Shown: piece after piece, positions 9,833 through 19,975 of the stretch
How the letters are laid out: every line of letters begins with the position of its first letter
Numbering within the stretch: the first letter of the stretch is position 1
DNA from: Acidobacteriota bacterium
GTDB taxonomy: Bacteria > Acidobacteriota > UBA6911 > RPQK01 > JAJDTT01
Assembly: GCA_965263035.1 (NCBI GenBank)
Contig: OZ253580.1
Coordinates: 5,664,001 to 5,728,000, forward strand
Reading direction: 5' to 3'
Length of the DNA: 64,000 nt
Translations under genes and position numbers: made by a program
The notes under the pieces: generated by a model
What the model was told of the DNA's origin: nothing
Databases searched by the model: none
The model's input: the letters and a program-made list of their open reading frames with translations, nothing else

Positions 9833-11470
9833 CTAATCCTTTAGAAGACGCTTCAGTATTTTCCCGATCGCGCTCTTGGGGAGCTCGTCCCGGAATTCCA
9901 CGTGCCTGGGGAGCTTGAATCGAGCCAGCTTCCCGTGGCAGAAGCGAATCACGTCCCGTTTGGTCAACTCGTGGCCTTCCTTGAGCACGATGAAGGCCTT
10001 GGGGACTTCGCCCCGGACCCGGCTGGGGACCCCCACCACGGCAGCATCCTGGACGCCGGGGTGCTGGTAGAGGACCTCCTCCACTTCGCGGGAATAGATG
10101 TTCATGCCGGCGCTCAGGATCAGATCCTTCTTCCGATCGACGATGGTGAAGTACCCGTCCTGGTCCATCACCGCCATGTCGCCGGTCTTGAGCCAGCCGT
10201 CCTGCAGCACGTTCGCGGTCTCCTCCGGTTTGTTCCAGTAGCCTTGCATCACCTGGGGTCCGGAGACCGAGAGCTCGCCGACTTCGCCGGCCGGCAGCAC
10301 GTTCCCGGTTTCGGAGTCCACGGTCCGCGCGTCGGTATCGGCGACGGGCACTCCGATGGTTCCATTCTTGCGGTTGCTGAAGATGGGGTTCACGCTCACG
10401 AGCGGTGAAGCCTCCGAGAGGCCGTAGCCCTCCACCAATTTTCCGCCGCTCATCTCCTCGAAGCGGGCCTGCACGTCGGCTGGCAGGCCGGCTCCTCCAC
10501 TGATGCAGAGGCGGATGGAGGAGAGGTCGGAACTCTTGATGCCGGAGTAATTGTTGATGGCGTTGTACATGGCAGGAACGCCGCAGAAGATGGTGGGCCG
10601 GTGCTTGCGGATTCGCTTGACCACGTCGGCCAGTTCGACACGGGGAAGGAGAATCATGGTGCACCGGCAGAGGACGGCCAAATGGAGACCGGTGGTCATT
10701 CCGTAGCTGTGGAAGAAGGGGAGGGCACAAAGAAAGATCTCCTGCTTTAGCTGGAGGTCCGAGAGCCACGACTTGGTCTGATGAACGTTGCAGACCAGGT
10801 TGCGGTGGGTCAGGATCGCTCCTTTGGAGAGGCCGGTGGTGCCTCCGGTGTAGAGCAGGATGGCGGTGTCGTCGGGGGAGACGTCCGCGGCCTCCCGGGA
10901 AGGGACCTTGCGCTTCATCAGGTCCCGGTATTCATACAGGCCGGGTGCCGTCGGGGGAGGCTCGGACGGCCGGTTCTTGAGTCCGTACAGAAATCGCAGG
11001 ATCGGAGGAAGAAACTCCTGGATTCCGGCGGAGATGATTCGTTTCACGGGTGTTCGGTCCCGGATGGAGAGGAGACGGCCCAGGAGTTTGTCCAGCACCA
11101 CCACCGTCTCGGCCCCCGAGTCCGTGAGCTGGTACTCCAGCTCACGCTCCACGTAGAGGGGATTGGTGGGCACCAGGACGGCCCCCAGTTTCAGAACCGC
11201 GAAATGGGCGATGGGGTACAGAGGCATATTGGGCAGGATCAGAGCCACACGGTCCCCTTTTCCCACACCCAGGGAGGCCAGGACCGAGGCGAATTGGTCC
11301 ACCCTCCTTCCCAGCTCGCCGTACCGAATCCGGGCACCGAAAAAGCGAGTCGCAGCGCCGCGGGGATGCTCCTGAACAGCTTGTCGAAACAGGGAGTAGA
11401 GGTCGATATTCGGATAGTCGATGGATGTGGGAACGGCCTCGTCGTAGTGTCGCAACCAGATCTTTTCCAC
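9833..11470 (-). CDS. fadD: Long-chain fatty-acid--CoA ligase
   Basis: YTGGTTGLSKG, EGYGLSE, TGD, DRKKD, PKSAIGK; GTG start after GGAG inferred. Confidence 0.9.
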   Translation of the reverse strand: MEKIWLRHYDEAVPTSIDYPNIDLYSLFRQAVQEHPRGAATRFFGARIRYGELGRRVDQFASVLASLGVGKGDRVALILPNMPLYPIAHFAVLKLGAVLVPTNPLYVERELEYQLTDSGAETVVVLDKLLGRLLSIRDRTPVKRIISAGIQEFLPPILRFLYGLKNRPSEPPPTAPGLYEYRDLMKRKVPSREAADVSPDDTAILLYTGGTTGLSKGAILTHRNLVCNVHQTKSWLSDLQLKQEIFLCALPFFHSYGMTTGLHLAVLCRCTMILLPRVELADVVKRIRKHRPTIFCGVPAMYNAINNYSGIKSSDLSSIRLCISGGAGLPADVQARFEEMSGGKLVEGYGLSEASPLVSVNPIFSNRKNGTIGVPVADTDARTVDSETGNVLPAGEVGELSVSGPQVMQGYWNKPEETANVLQDGWLKTGDMAVMDQDGYFTIVDRKKDLILSAGMNIYSREVEEVLYQHPGVQDAAVVGVPSRVRGEVPKAFIVLKEGHELTKRDVIRFCHGKLARFKLPRHVEFRDELPKSAIGKILKRLLKD

Positions 11471-11654
11471 GGTGTTCTCCACGGTAAGCCGATGGTAAAT
11501 CAACCAGACTATAGCAGTTCCGGGCACCGTCCCGAAACTCCCCGTTTCCACCGTGCTATACGGGAGTAAGGGGTCATCTTGAACGGTGGCGGGCCGTCGT
11601 TTTCGGACCTGGCAGGCGGCGCTTCCGCCGATATACTGAGGAGCGAGGATACGG

Positions 11655-12686
11655 ATGCCCATGAGTGAGCCGCCCTATGACGCGCTGTTGGTGATTTCCT
11701 TCGGTGGGCCCGAAGCCATGGACGAAGTGGAGCCCTTTCTCAGAAACGTGTTGCGGGGCAAGCGCGTACCGGAGGAAAGGATCCGGGAAGTGGCTCATCA
11801 CTATCGGATCTTCGATGGGGTGAGCCCCATCAACCGGCAGAACCGCCAGCTGATCCGAGCCGTGCGCCGGGAACTGCGGGAGAAGGGGCCCGATCTGCCG
11901 ATCTATTGGGGAAATCGAAACTGGCATCCCTTGCTGTCTCAGACTCTGAGAGAGATGGGGGCCGCCGGCGTCAGGAAGGCTCTGGCCTTCGTGACCTCGG
12001 CCTATAGCTCCTACTCCGGATGCCGCCAATACCTGGAGGACATCCAACGAGCCCAGAAGGAGACGGGGGCTCCGCCGCCCGATATCCACAAACTCCGGGT
12101 CTTCTACGATCATCCGGGTTTCATCGAATCCAACCGCGATCGAGTTCGCGCCGCCTTAGAGCAAATTCCAGGGGACCGGAGATCCCGGGCGCAACTGCTG
12201 TTCACAGCCCACAGCATTCCGCTGGCCATGGCTTGGGGCTGCGACTATGTGGACCAGTTGCGGGAGACCTGCCGCCTGGTGGCGGATCAGGTTCCCGATT
12301 CCCGATGGAGCCTGGCCTATCAGAGCCGGAGCGGACCGCCTCACCAGCCCTGGTTGGAGCCCGATGTCGGCGAACATCTGAGGCAAGTCGCCGGTCAGGG
12401 CGGACAGGACGTGATTGTCTCTCCCGTCGGCTTCATCTCCGACCATATGGAGGTGGCCTACGATCTGGACGTGGAACTGGCCGATCTGGCCCGCTCTCTG
12501 GGCCTGAACCTGGTGAGGGCCGCGACGGCGGGGACCCATCCCGCTTTCGTGAGCATGGTCGGCGAGCTTGTCCGGGAACGGACCGACGGAGCCCGGCGCC
12601 AGTTCCTGGGCGCCCGGGCACCCGGGCCGGACACCTGCCCGGGAGGTTGCTGCCCTTACTCGAGTCCGGCGCCGGCACGAACCTGA
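11655..12686 (+). CDS. hemH: Ferrochelatase
   Basis: SFGGPE, GVSPIN, LFTAHSIP, YQSRSG...WLEP, GFISDHME...DLD. Confidence 0.93.
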   Translation: MPMSEPPYDALLVISFGGPEAMDEVEPFLRNVLRGKRVPEERIREVAHHYRIFDGVSPINRQNRQLIRAVRRELREKGPDLPIYWGNRNWHPLLSQTLREMGAAGVRKALAFVTSAYSSYSGCRQYLEDIQRAQKETGAPPPDIHKLRVFYDHPGFIESNRDRVRAALEQIPGDRRSRAQLLFTAHSIPLAMAWGCDYVDQLRETCRLVADQVPDSRWSLAYQSRSGPPHQPWLEPDVGEHLRQVAGQGGQDVIVSPVGFISDHMEVAYDLDVELADLARSLGLNLVRAATAGTHPAFVSMVGELVRERTDGARRQFLGARAPGPDTCPGGCCPYSSPAPART

Positions 12687-12766
12687 CCGGACGTCGCCAC
12701 TGCCCCGAGTAACGCTGCCGAGCCTCAATGCTCGTGCCGAACCGTTTGTGCTACCATCGCCGCACT

Positions 12767-13720
12767 ATGGTCAAGAAGTTGATCCTGGCCTCGCCCAGGG
12801 GCTTCTGTGCCGGTGTGGTTCGGGCCATCGATGTCGTCAGGATCGCGCTGGAAGCCTGTCCACCGCCGATTTACGTGAGAAAGCAGATCATTCACAATGC
12901 GTACGTGGTGGACGAGCTCCGCCAGGAAGGTGCTGTCTTCGTCGATTCGCTGGACCAGGTGCCCGCGGGCGGGACGGTCATCTTCAGCGCGCACGGGGTG
13001 TCTCCCCAGGTCTGGGCCGAGGCCCGATCCAGGTCCCTCAATGTCATCGACGCCACCTGCCCGCTCGTCACAAAGGTGCATGTCGAGGCCGTCCGATATT
13101 CCAAGCAGGGATTTACCGTCGTCCTCATCGGTCACGAGGGACACGAAGAGGTCGTCGGGACCATGGGAGAGGCTCCCGAATCCACGGTCTTGGTGAGCAA
13201 CATCGAGGATGTCCAGGCCCTCGAGGTTGAAGACCCTGAAGAAATCGCCTACCTGACCCAGACGACACTGAGTATCGAGGACACGCGGGAAATCATCGCC
13301 GCGTTGAGGCAGCGCTTCCCCATGATTCAGGGACCCCCTTCGGAAGACATCTGTTACGCGACTCAAAATCGCCAACTCGCCGTGCGCGAACTGGCCCGCG
13401 TTGCGGATCTGGTTCTGGTCGTGGGAGCATCCAACAGCAGCAATTCCAATCGCTTGGTGGAGGAAGCGATCGGTTCAGGGGTCGCGTCCTATCTCATAAG
13501 CGATGTGAGCAAGATCCGGAGGGAGTGGCTCCAGGGCGTGGAGACCGTGGGTCTGACCTCGGGCGCTTCGGCTCCCGAAATCCTGGTCGAAGGCATCGTC
13601 AATTTCTTCCAGAGCCGTGGGGCCGGGGTGGAGGAGTTGGTGACCCGGGAGGAGAACGTTCATTTCGCCCTCCCTCCCGAGCTGAGGCAGGTGCCGAACC
13701 AACTGCACGTGCTCTCATAA
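12767..13720 (+). CDS. ispH: 4-hydroxy-3-methylbut-2-enyl diphosphate reductase
   Basis: PRGFCAGV.RAI, FSAHGV, DATCPLV.KVH, ICYATQNRQ, NSSNS. Confidence 0.97.
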   Translation: MVKKLILASPRGFCAGVVRAIDVVRIALEACPPPIYVRKQIIHNAYVVDELRQEGAVFVDSLDQVPAGGTVIFSAHGVSPQVWAEARSRSLNVIDATCPLVTKVHVEAVRYSKQGFTVVLIGHEGHEEVVGTMGEAPESTVLVSNIEDVQALEVEDPEEIAYLTQTTLSIEDTREIIAALRQRFPMIQGPPSEDICYATQNRQLAVRELARVADLVLVVGASNSSNSNRLVEEAIGSGVASYLISDVSKIRREWLQGVETVGLTSGASAPEILVEGIVNFFQSRGAGVEELVTREENVHFALPPELRQVPNQLHVLS

Positions 13721-13798
13721 CGGTTGTTGCGTTTCCCCCGGCAGAACCTGCCCGTATTTCCACCAAAGAAATGTTCTTGACGCCGGGGAGGGAGAACC

Positions 13799-14146
13799 GT
13801 GTCGAACCAGATTCCGGAGACCTTTCCGAACCAGTACCCGGGCCGGGAGTACCAGGTCACCATTGAATGTCCCGAGTTCACGTCGTTGTGTCCCAAGACG
13901 GGACAGCCGGACTTCGGGACCATTCGGATCCGGTATGTTCCGGATCAACACATCATTGAATTGAAATCCCTGAAATTCTACCTTTTCTCCTATCGGAACC
14001 AGGGAATCTTCTACGAATCGGTCGTGAACAAGATTCTGGACGACCTGGTGACCGCGTCGCAGCCGATTCGCTGCGAAGTGATCGGGGATTTCACCGTCCG
14101 GGGTGGCATCACCACTTCGGTTCAGGCCGTTTATGAGGGGGAGTGA
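13799..14146 (+). CDS. queF: preQ0 reductase (short type)
   Basis: PEFTSLCPKTGQPDF, ELKSLK, RGGI. Confidence 0.95.
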   Translation: MSNQIPETFPNQYPGREYQVTIECPEFTSLCPKTGQPDFGTIRIRYVPDQHIIELKSLKFYLFSYRNQGIFYESVVNKILDDLVTASQPIRCEVIGDFTVRGGITTSVQAVYEGE

Positions 14147-14150
14147 GGTT

Positions 14151-15158
14151 TTGGTGGACCTGATCGAGCTGACCCGGTCTCTGGTGAACATCCCTTCGGT
14201 GACAGGACAGGAAGGACCCGTCGGACGCTTCCTGCTGAAGTACCTTCAAACCCAGGGGTGGAACTGCCGGTCCCAGACCGTCACCAAGGACCGCATAAAC
14301 GTGCTGGCGATCCGGGAAGAACCACGGATTCTGCTGACGACCCACATGGATACGGTCCCTCCCTTCTTCGAATTCCGGCAGGACGAAGAGTACCTCTACG
14401 GACGCGGCGTTTCGGATGCCAAGGGGCTCATCGCGGCAATGGTCTGCGCCGCGGACGGGCTCCTTCAGGAGGGCATCTCGGACGTGGGACTCCTCTTCGT
14501 GGTAGGGGAGGAGACGGAAAGCGACGGCGCCTGGAAGGCCAGGGAGCTGGGTCTGCGCTGTGACTACATCATTGATGGCGAGCCCACCGACAACGAATTG
14601 GTCGTGGGCCACAAGGGCATGGTCTACGTCGTCTTGCGTTGTGACGGGGTCACGGCCCACTCCGCCTATCCCGAGCAGGGCGTGTCGGCTATCGACAAGC
14701 TCGTGTCCCTTCTGGCTGAGTTGCAGTCCCTGAAGTTTCCCTCCGACGCCACGCTCGGTGAAACCACCATCAACGTGGGGTTGATCCGGGGAGGCCACGC
14801 CCCGAATGTGATTCCGGATCTGGCCGAAGCCGAGATCCTTCTCCGGACCGTGGCGGAAGGCACCGCGTATGTGGATGTCCTGAAGGAGTGGGCTTCGGGG
14901 CGGGCGAATCTGGAGATCCGCGCGACCTCGGAACCTCAGGAAATGGCGTCGATCCCCGGGTTGTCCACCAAGGTCGTTGGATACGGCACGGATGTGCCGG
15001 CCCTGAGAATCCTGGGACGTCCGCTTCTGGTGGGACCCGGGTCCATTCTGGTGGCTCACACAGCCGAAGAGAGGGTTTCCAAGGTCGAGCTGGAGGCGGG
15101 CGTCCGTCTGTACCAGGATCTGGTGCGGAGACTACGCGCCGAGGACCACGGCTCGTGA
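14151..15158 (+). CDS. M20/ArgE-family metallopeptidase/deacetylase
   Basis: HMDTVP, GRGVSDAKG, VGEE, GEPT, AHT.EE. Confidence 0.9.
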   Translation: MVDLIELTRSLVNIPSVTGQEGPVGRFLLKYLQTQGWNCRSQTVTKDRINVLAIREEPRILLTTHMDTVPPFFEFRQDEEYLYGRGVSDAKGLIAAMVCAADGLLQEGISDVGLLFVVGEETESDGAWKARELGLRCDYIIDGEPTDNELVVGHKGMVYVVLRCDGVTAHSAYPEQGVSAIDKLVSLLAELQSLKFPSDATLGETTINVGLIRGGHAPNVIPDLAEAEILLRTVAEGTAYVDVLKEWASGRANLEIRATSEPQEMASIPGLSTKVVGYGTDVPALRILGRPLLVGPGSILVAHTAEERVSKVELEAGVRLYQDLVRRLRAEDHGS

Positions 15159-15177
15159 CTTGGCCGTGTCTTTCAAT

Positions 15178-16053
15178 TCAGTGAACCACCCGCTGAATAT
15201 AGTCTGAGAACTCCCGAAAGCTGGGGATGTACTCGTCGTAGGAAAGGTCCTTCCGAGATCTGGAGGTCGAAAAACCCGGACCCAGCAGAAGGACCGGAAT
15301 ACGGTGGTGTTCACAGGCCTCGTTCAACGCGCGGAAACAGTCCTTCGACTTGGCACTCAGTCCGTTCCGAGCGAGGATGCAGGCTAGGTTCACCGGCTGC
15401 TCCTCCACCATTTCGGCCATCGCCTCGAACGGAACATTACTGCCCAGATTCAGGGCGTCCCATCCCACTTCGTTCAAGACGCGGGAGATTCCGTTGACGA
15501 AGTGGCTGCAATAGGCGGCAGGCGCCGCGCAGAGTCCGGTCTTACCCAGGGGTCTGCGGCAGAGGACACCGGGAAAGAAATAGTACAAGGCCTCTTCAAG
15601 ATTCTTTTCCACGAGTCGAGTTTGGCCCAAACCCTTGGGGTTGGAAGGATGATTCCCCCCGGGGCCGGCGAATATGGGTGCCACCACGTCGTCGTAGAGA
15701 TCCCCCATGCTCAGTCCACGAATGTAAAGGCGCTCCAGAAGATCCTTGATCGGGGTGCACTGGTTCTCGGAAGCCAGATAGAGGATCAACTCTCTCACTC
15801 GTGACCAATTCCTCTGGTTGACGAAGGTCTCCAATTGGGGGTCCTCCCACTCGGTCGAGGTCAGGAGACCGGTTCCCTCGAATCGGTGGCGAGCCTGAAA
15901 GTCCTGAATGTGCTTGAGTTGGAACCTTCGATGGCCGCCCGGAGTCCGATGGCATTGGAGCTTCCCGGTATCGGTCCACCGCTTGATGGTCGATTCGCTC
16001 AGGTTCCAGAGTTGGGCAAGTTCCCGCGAGGAATAGATTCGTTTCCTGACCAT
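15178..16053 (-). CDS. MerR/excisionase-type HTH regulator with cobalamin-binding-like domain
   Basis: SESTIKRWTDTGKLQCHRTPGGHRRF; C-terminal GWDALNLGSNVP Rossmann-like domain. Confidence 0.75.
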   Translation of the reverse strand: MVRKRIYSSRELAQLWNLSESTIKRWTDTGKLQCHRTPGGHRRFQLKHIQDFQARHRFEGTGLLTSTEWEDPQLETFVNQRNWSRVRELILYLASENQCTPIKDLLERLYIRGLSMGDLYDDVVAPIFAGPGGNHPSNPKGLGQTRLVEKNLEEALYYFFPGVLCRRPLGKTGLCAAPAAYCSHFVNGISRVLNEVGWDALNLGSNVPFEAMAEMVEEQPVNLACILARNGLSAKSKDCFRALNEACEHHRIPVLLLGPGFSTSRSRKDLSYDEYIPSFREFSDYIQRVVH

Positions 16054-16254
16054 ATCGTGAGATACGAACCGAAAGCCGAACGGCTGAGATGATCGGTTGG
16101 CGACTCCGGGAGGGCAGATTAGAAGGTTTCCGCACGAAAGTCAATTTGAGAAGTGAGGAGTGAGAAGGAGATGTTCGGCAGCTCCGGAGGCGATCCTGAC
16201 TTCGTTCGAGGTTTGGGACAGGGGTGGAATCAGTGGGTCGCTTCAGCCGTCTCG

Positions 16255-16413
16255 GAGTCTGCGCTGTAGAAATGATCGTAGCGAGAAAGTGGGGAATCGA
16301 GGCCAGATTTTCTCGATTTGGAGGTGCATAGTTGTTCTATTCGCCGAGAAATCGGGGAAATATGGACCGATTCTACCGCTTTCGCAGTAGATCAATTTCT
16401 GCGGCGCTGGCTC
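16255..16413 (+). mobile_element. MITE-A copy 1 (159 bp)
   Basis: GAGTCTGCGCTGTAGAAAT...ATTTCTGCGGCGCTGGCTC; near-identical to four other copies. Confidence 0.9.
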
Positions 16414-17266
16414 CTAGGTCTTCGCAGAGAACGTTGTCGATCAGGCGAATTCGACCCAGGCGGACGGCGCCGGCGGCCCGGACCGGGCCTTGAATCCCGG
16501 ACACGGGCTGCATGGTTTCCGGATCGACCAACTCCAGGTACTCGATTTGGACCAGTGACTCCCGACTCAAGAGCCGGAGTCCGCTGCGGCGGATCTGGCC
16601 GGCGTCCCGGGCTCCCTGGCGCACCATGGTCCGGATCTCCTGCAGGGTCCGGAAGAGAGCAGTGGCAGCCTTTCGCTCTTGGGGTTCGAGATGGCGGTTC
16701 CGGGAACTGATGGCCAACCCGTCGGACTCTCGAACCGTCGGGACTTGGCGGATTTTCACCGGCAGGTTCAGATCCTTGACCAATTGCCGGACGACCACCG
16801 TCTGTTGGGCGTCCTTCTCGCCGAAGTAGGCTCGGTCCGGTTCCAGGATGTTCAGGAGTTTCAGGACGATGGTGGCGACGCCGCGGAAATGTCCGGGGCG
16901 AAACCGGCCGCACAGGTGCGATGTCACGGCCTCGACCTCCACGAAAGTTCTGTGTGTGGCCGGGTAGACTTCGTTTCTGCCGGGTTGAAAGACGAGATCG
17001 ACTCCCGAATGCCGGCACATGGCGAGATCCGAATCCAGGTCTCTTGGATAGGTGCCGAAGTCTTCCGCCGGACCGAACTGGGCCGGATTCACGAAGATGC
17101 TCACGACGAGCCAGTCGCATTCCCGCCGCGCCACCTGGATCAGCTTCCGATGACCCTCGTGCAGGGCTCCCATGGTGGGGACGAGGCCTCTGGAGGACCC
17201 GTCCTTTCGGACGACTTCCATCGCCTCCCGGGCTCCGGCGATGGAGGTGGCCACGACCAGGGCCAT
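16373..17266 (-). CDS. panC: Pantoate--beta-alanine ligase (stop codon lies inside MITE-A)
   Basis: VPTMGALHEGH, SIFVNPAQF, RPGHFRGV, FGEKDAQQ, RLIDN. Confidence 0.96.
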   Translation of the reverse strand: MALVVATSIAGAREAMEVVRKDGSSRGLVPTMGALHEGHRKLIQVARRECDWLVVSIFVNPAQFGPAEDFGTYPRDLDSDLAMCRHSGVDLVFQPGRNEVYPATHRTFVEVEAVTSHLCGRFRPGHFRGVATIVLKLLNILEPDRAYFGEKDAQQTVVVRQLVKDLNLPVKIRQVPTVRESDGLAISSRNRHLEPQERKAATALFRTLQEIRTMVRQGARDAGQIRRSGLRLLSRESLVQIEYLELVDPETMQPVSGIQGPVRAAGAVRLGRIRLIDNVLCEDLGASAAEIDLLRKR

Positions 17267-18117
17267 CAGGATCTTTCTTTGACCAGCTTCGGCTCGCTGG
17301 AACGGAAAAAGTCTGTCGTTCTGGAAGCGGGGAAACGTCCGGTTCGAACGTCGTCGATGTAGTTTTCGGTGGCATCCAGGATGGTGCTGCCCAGGGAGGC
17401 GTAGCGTTTGACGAAGGAAGGGACGAAGGAGTCGAAAAGGCCGAAGGCGTCGTAGCTCACCAGGATCTGACCGTCGCAATAGGGTCCGGCCCCGATGCCG
17501 ATGGTGGGTATCCGAAGCTGCGGCGTCACTTCGAAAGCGACTTCGTCCGGAATGCATTCCAGGACCAGAGCGAAGACTCCGGCGTCCTCAAGGGCGGCAG
17601 CATCGTCCAGCAGGCGAGCCACGCTCTCCCGGCTCCGCGCTTGCTGCCGGTAGCCGCCCAAGGCGTGGACCTTCTGCGGCGTCAGGCCCAGGTGGCCCAT
17701 CACCGGAATTCCCACGTCCGTCAGGTGCCGGACGGATTTGACCACCGGCCCGGCCCCTTCCACCTTGACTGCGGAGACTCCACCTTCCTGCATGAGACGT
17801 CCGGCATTGCGAAGCGCCTCGGAAACGGAGACCTGATACGTGGCAAAGGGCATGTCGGCAACCACCAACGCGCGTCGAGCTCCCCGGGTGACAGCCCGGC
17901 TGTGGTGCACCATCATGTCCAGGGTGACCGGCAGCGTGGTGTCGCATCCCAGGATCACGGTGCCCAAAGAGTCGCCCACCAACAGAACGTCGATGCCGGC
18001 CCGGTCCAGCAGGGCGGCCATGGTGGCATCATAGGCGGTGAGCGCGGTGATCTTCTCGCCGCGGCGCTTCTTCTCTTCCAAGTCAGGCACTCTCAATGCT
18101 TTAACGTGCTTCGGCAT
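17266..18117 (-). CDS. panB: 3-methyl-2-oxobutanoate hydroxymethyltransferase
   Basis: LTAYDA, LVGDSLG, GHLGLTPQ, IGIGAG..CDGQILV. Confidence 0.97.
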   Translation of the reverse strand: MPKHVKALRVPDLEEKKRRGEKITALTAYDATMAALLDRAGIDVLLVGDSLGTVILGCDTTLPVTLDMMVHHSRAVTRGARRALVVADMPFATYQVSVSEALRNAGRLMQEGGVSAVKVEGAGPVVKSVRHLTDVGIPVMGHLGLTPQKVHALGGYRQQARSRESVARLLDDAAALEDAGVFALVLECIPDEVAFEVTPQLRIPTIGIGAGPYCDGQILVSYDAFGLFDSFVPSFVKRYASLGSTILDATENYIDDVRTGRFPASRTTDFFRSSEPKLVKERS

Positions 18118-18149
18118 GGAAGATTTCCTTCCCGGGCGGAGTTCCGACT

Positions 18150-19883
18150 CTAGCGGAATCGGAGTTCGGGAGCAAGCAGCCACGGACCGGGTGATTCGAG
18201 GTGCCTGATCATATTCCCGGTCCACCGGTTCAGCGGAGAGGCCGTTGTGAAAGAGCGAATTACGGACACGAGATCCCCGCTGAAGGCCGCTTCCCACCAG
18301 GTCTTCGGTTCCGGATACAGGTGCAGGTCCAGGGGGGTGTCCTCATCCAGGGACAGGGCCCGCTTCAGCTCTCGGATGGCCACGTCGAACCCACCCAGAG
18401 AATCGACCAGTCCCAGAGCCTTGGCCTGGGCTCCGGTGTAGATGCGCCCTCGGGCCTTCTCTTCCAAGTCCTGAAAATCCATCCGTCTCGAGTCTGCCGC
18501 CTTGGTCACGAACTTCTGGTACAGGTCGCCTATCCAGTCCTCCACCCGCTTTCGCTGTTCTGCCTCCAGGGGCCGGCTCAACGAAAAGATATCGGCGTGA
18601 GGGTAGTTCTTGACCTGATCGACGCTGATTCCCATCCACTGATACAGGTTGCTCAAATCGAACTTGCCGAAGATCACTCCGATGGAACCGGTGATGGTCG
18701 AAGGCTGGGAAACGAGGTGACCGGCTCCCATGGAGATGTAGTACCCGCCCGAGCCGGCCACACCCGACATGGAGACGACCACGGGCTTGCCTTCCTGCTC
18801 GAGCTTCCGAACCTCCTCCCAGACCATGTCCGAGCCCACCGCCGATCCTCCCGGGCTGTTGACTCTCAGAATGACCCCTTCGATCCGGTCGTTCTGCCGC
18901 AGTTTCCGAAGTTGGCGGGCGAGGGTGACGCCGCCCAGGACCTCCATCATGGGATCACCCTTCCCGGCCACGATGGAACCGACACCGGGCAGGACGGCGG
19001 CCCGATGCTGAGCCGGAGCCGGGGAACCACTGCCGGCGGCCTTCAGGAATTTAGCACCGGAAATCGACCGGTACTCACTGTCCTCGCCATCGCCCGCCAG
19101 CAGTTCTTCCACTTGGTGGCGGTATCCCGTTTGATCGACGAGGCCCAGTTCCAGGCCCTGCTCCGCAGAAGCGACTCCCAGCTTCATGAATTCCTTCAGG
19201 ACGCTTTCTTCCAGGTTTCTGTCCTGCGACACCGTGGCGACGAACCTCTCTTCCAGGTCCGCGACAATCGTCTCCAGCATCTCTCGGACCGCCGGACTAA
19301 GGCTGTCCCGGCTGTAGGATTCGGCGCTCTTGTATTCCTTGAACTGGATGAATTCAGGGCGGATCCCCAGCTTCTCCATGGTCCCCTTGAAGAAGGTCTG
19401 CTCCACCAACAGGCCATTGACCAGGAAGCCGGTATCCGGATTCAGGGTCACGCTGTCCGTCGCCGATGCCAGATACAATTCCTGTTCCCGGACCAGGTCC
19501 ACGGCCAGCAGCGCGTGAACCGGTTTGCCCGATTCACGGAAGACTGCTATCTGGTCCCGAAGTTCCTCGATCTGGGCCCAGCTCCACGCCATGGGATGGA
19601 TCTCCAGGAGCACGGCCTTGATGCGTTCGTCTTCCGCCGCCCTGCGAAAAACCTTTCGCAGTTGCCAGAGGCTGGTCCCTTGCGGAGACAGAATCTGAAG
19701 GAACGGATTGTCTGGAGGGAATTCCCTGATCTCGCCGGAAATCATGATCTCCACGACCGTATCGTTCTCGACCTGGGGCACGGAGCCACGGAGGGCGTAA
19801 TAGAGGCCCAGTGAGATTAAGGCCGCTCCCACGAAGAAAATGATCAGGACGACCGAAAGAATCCACGTTTTTCTCTTGCTCAT
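18150..19883 (-). CDS. sppA: Signal peptide peptidase SppA (long form)
   Basis: N-terminal TM, YKSA, LRVNSPGGS, GSGGYY, TITGSIGV. Confidence 0.92.
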   Translation of the reverse strand: MSKRKTWILSVVLIIFFVGAALISLGLYYALRGSVPQVENDTVVEIMISGEIREFPPDNPFLQILSPQGTSLWQLRKVFRRAAEDERIKAVLLEIHPMAWSWAQIEELRDQIAVFRESGKPVHALLAVDLVREQELYLASATDSVTLNPDTGFLVNGLLVEQTFFKGTMEKLGIRPEFIQFKEYKSAESYSRDSLSPAVREMLETIVADLEERFVATVSQDRNLEESVLKEFMKLGVASAEQGLELGLVDQTGYRHQVEELLAGDGEDSEYRSISGAKFLKAAGSGSPAPAQHRAAVLPGVGSIVAGKGDPMMEVLGGVTLARQLRKLRQNDRIEGVILRVNSPGGSAVGSDMVWEEVRKLEQEGKPVVVSMSGVAGSGGYYISMGAGHLVSQPSTITGSIGVIFGKFDLSNLYQWMGISVDQVKNYPHADIFSLSRPLEAEQRKRVEDWIGDLYQKFVTKAADSRRMDFQDLEEKARGRIYTGAQAKALGLVDSLGGFDVAIRELKRALSLDEDTPLDLHLYPEPKTWWEAAFSGDLVSVIRSFTTASPLNRWTGNMIRHLESPGPWLLAPELRFR

Positions 19884-19975
19884 TGAACTTCTCCCATAGA
19901 TGATTTTACGTTGAATCGCGGTCCGCGTGCCAGCCGCGCCGGTCGCTCGTGTCAAAATCCAAAAAGGAGGTTCCT

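Noticed and set aside
16255-16413. Recurring short ORFs such as MIYCESGRIGPYF and MEVHSCSIRRE
   Set aside because: They are translations of the MITE with variable starts and ends; no evidence of a real protein
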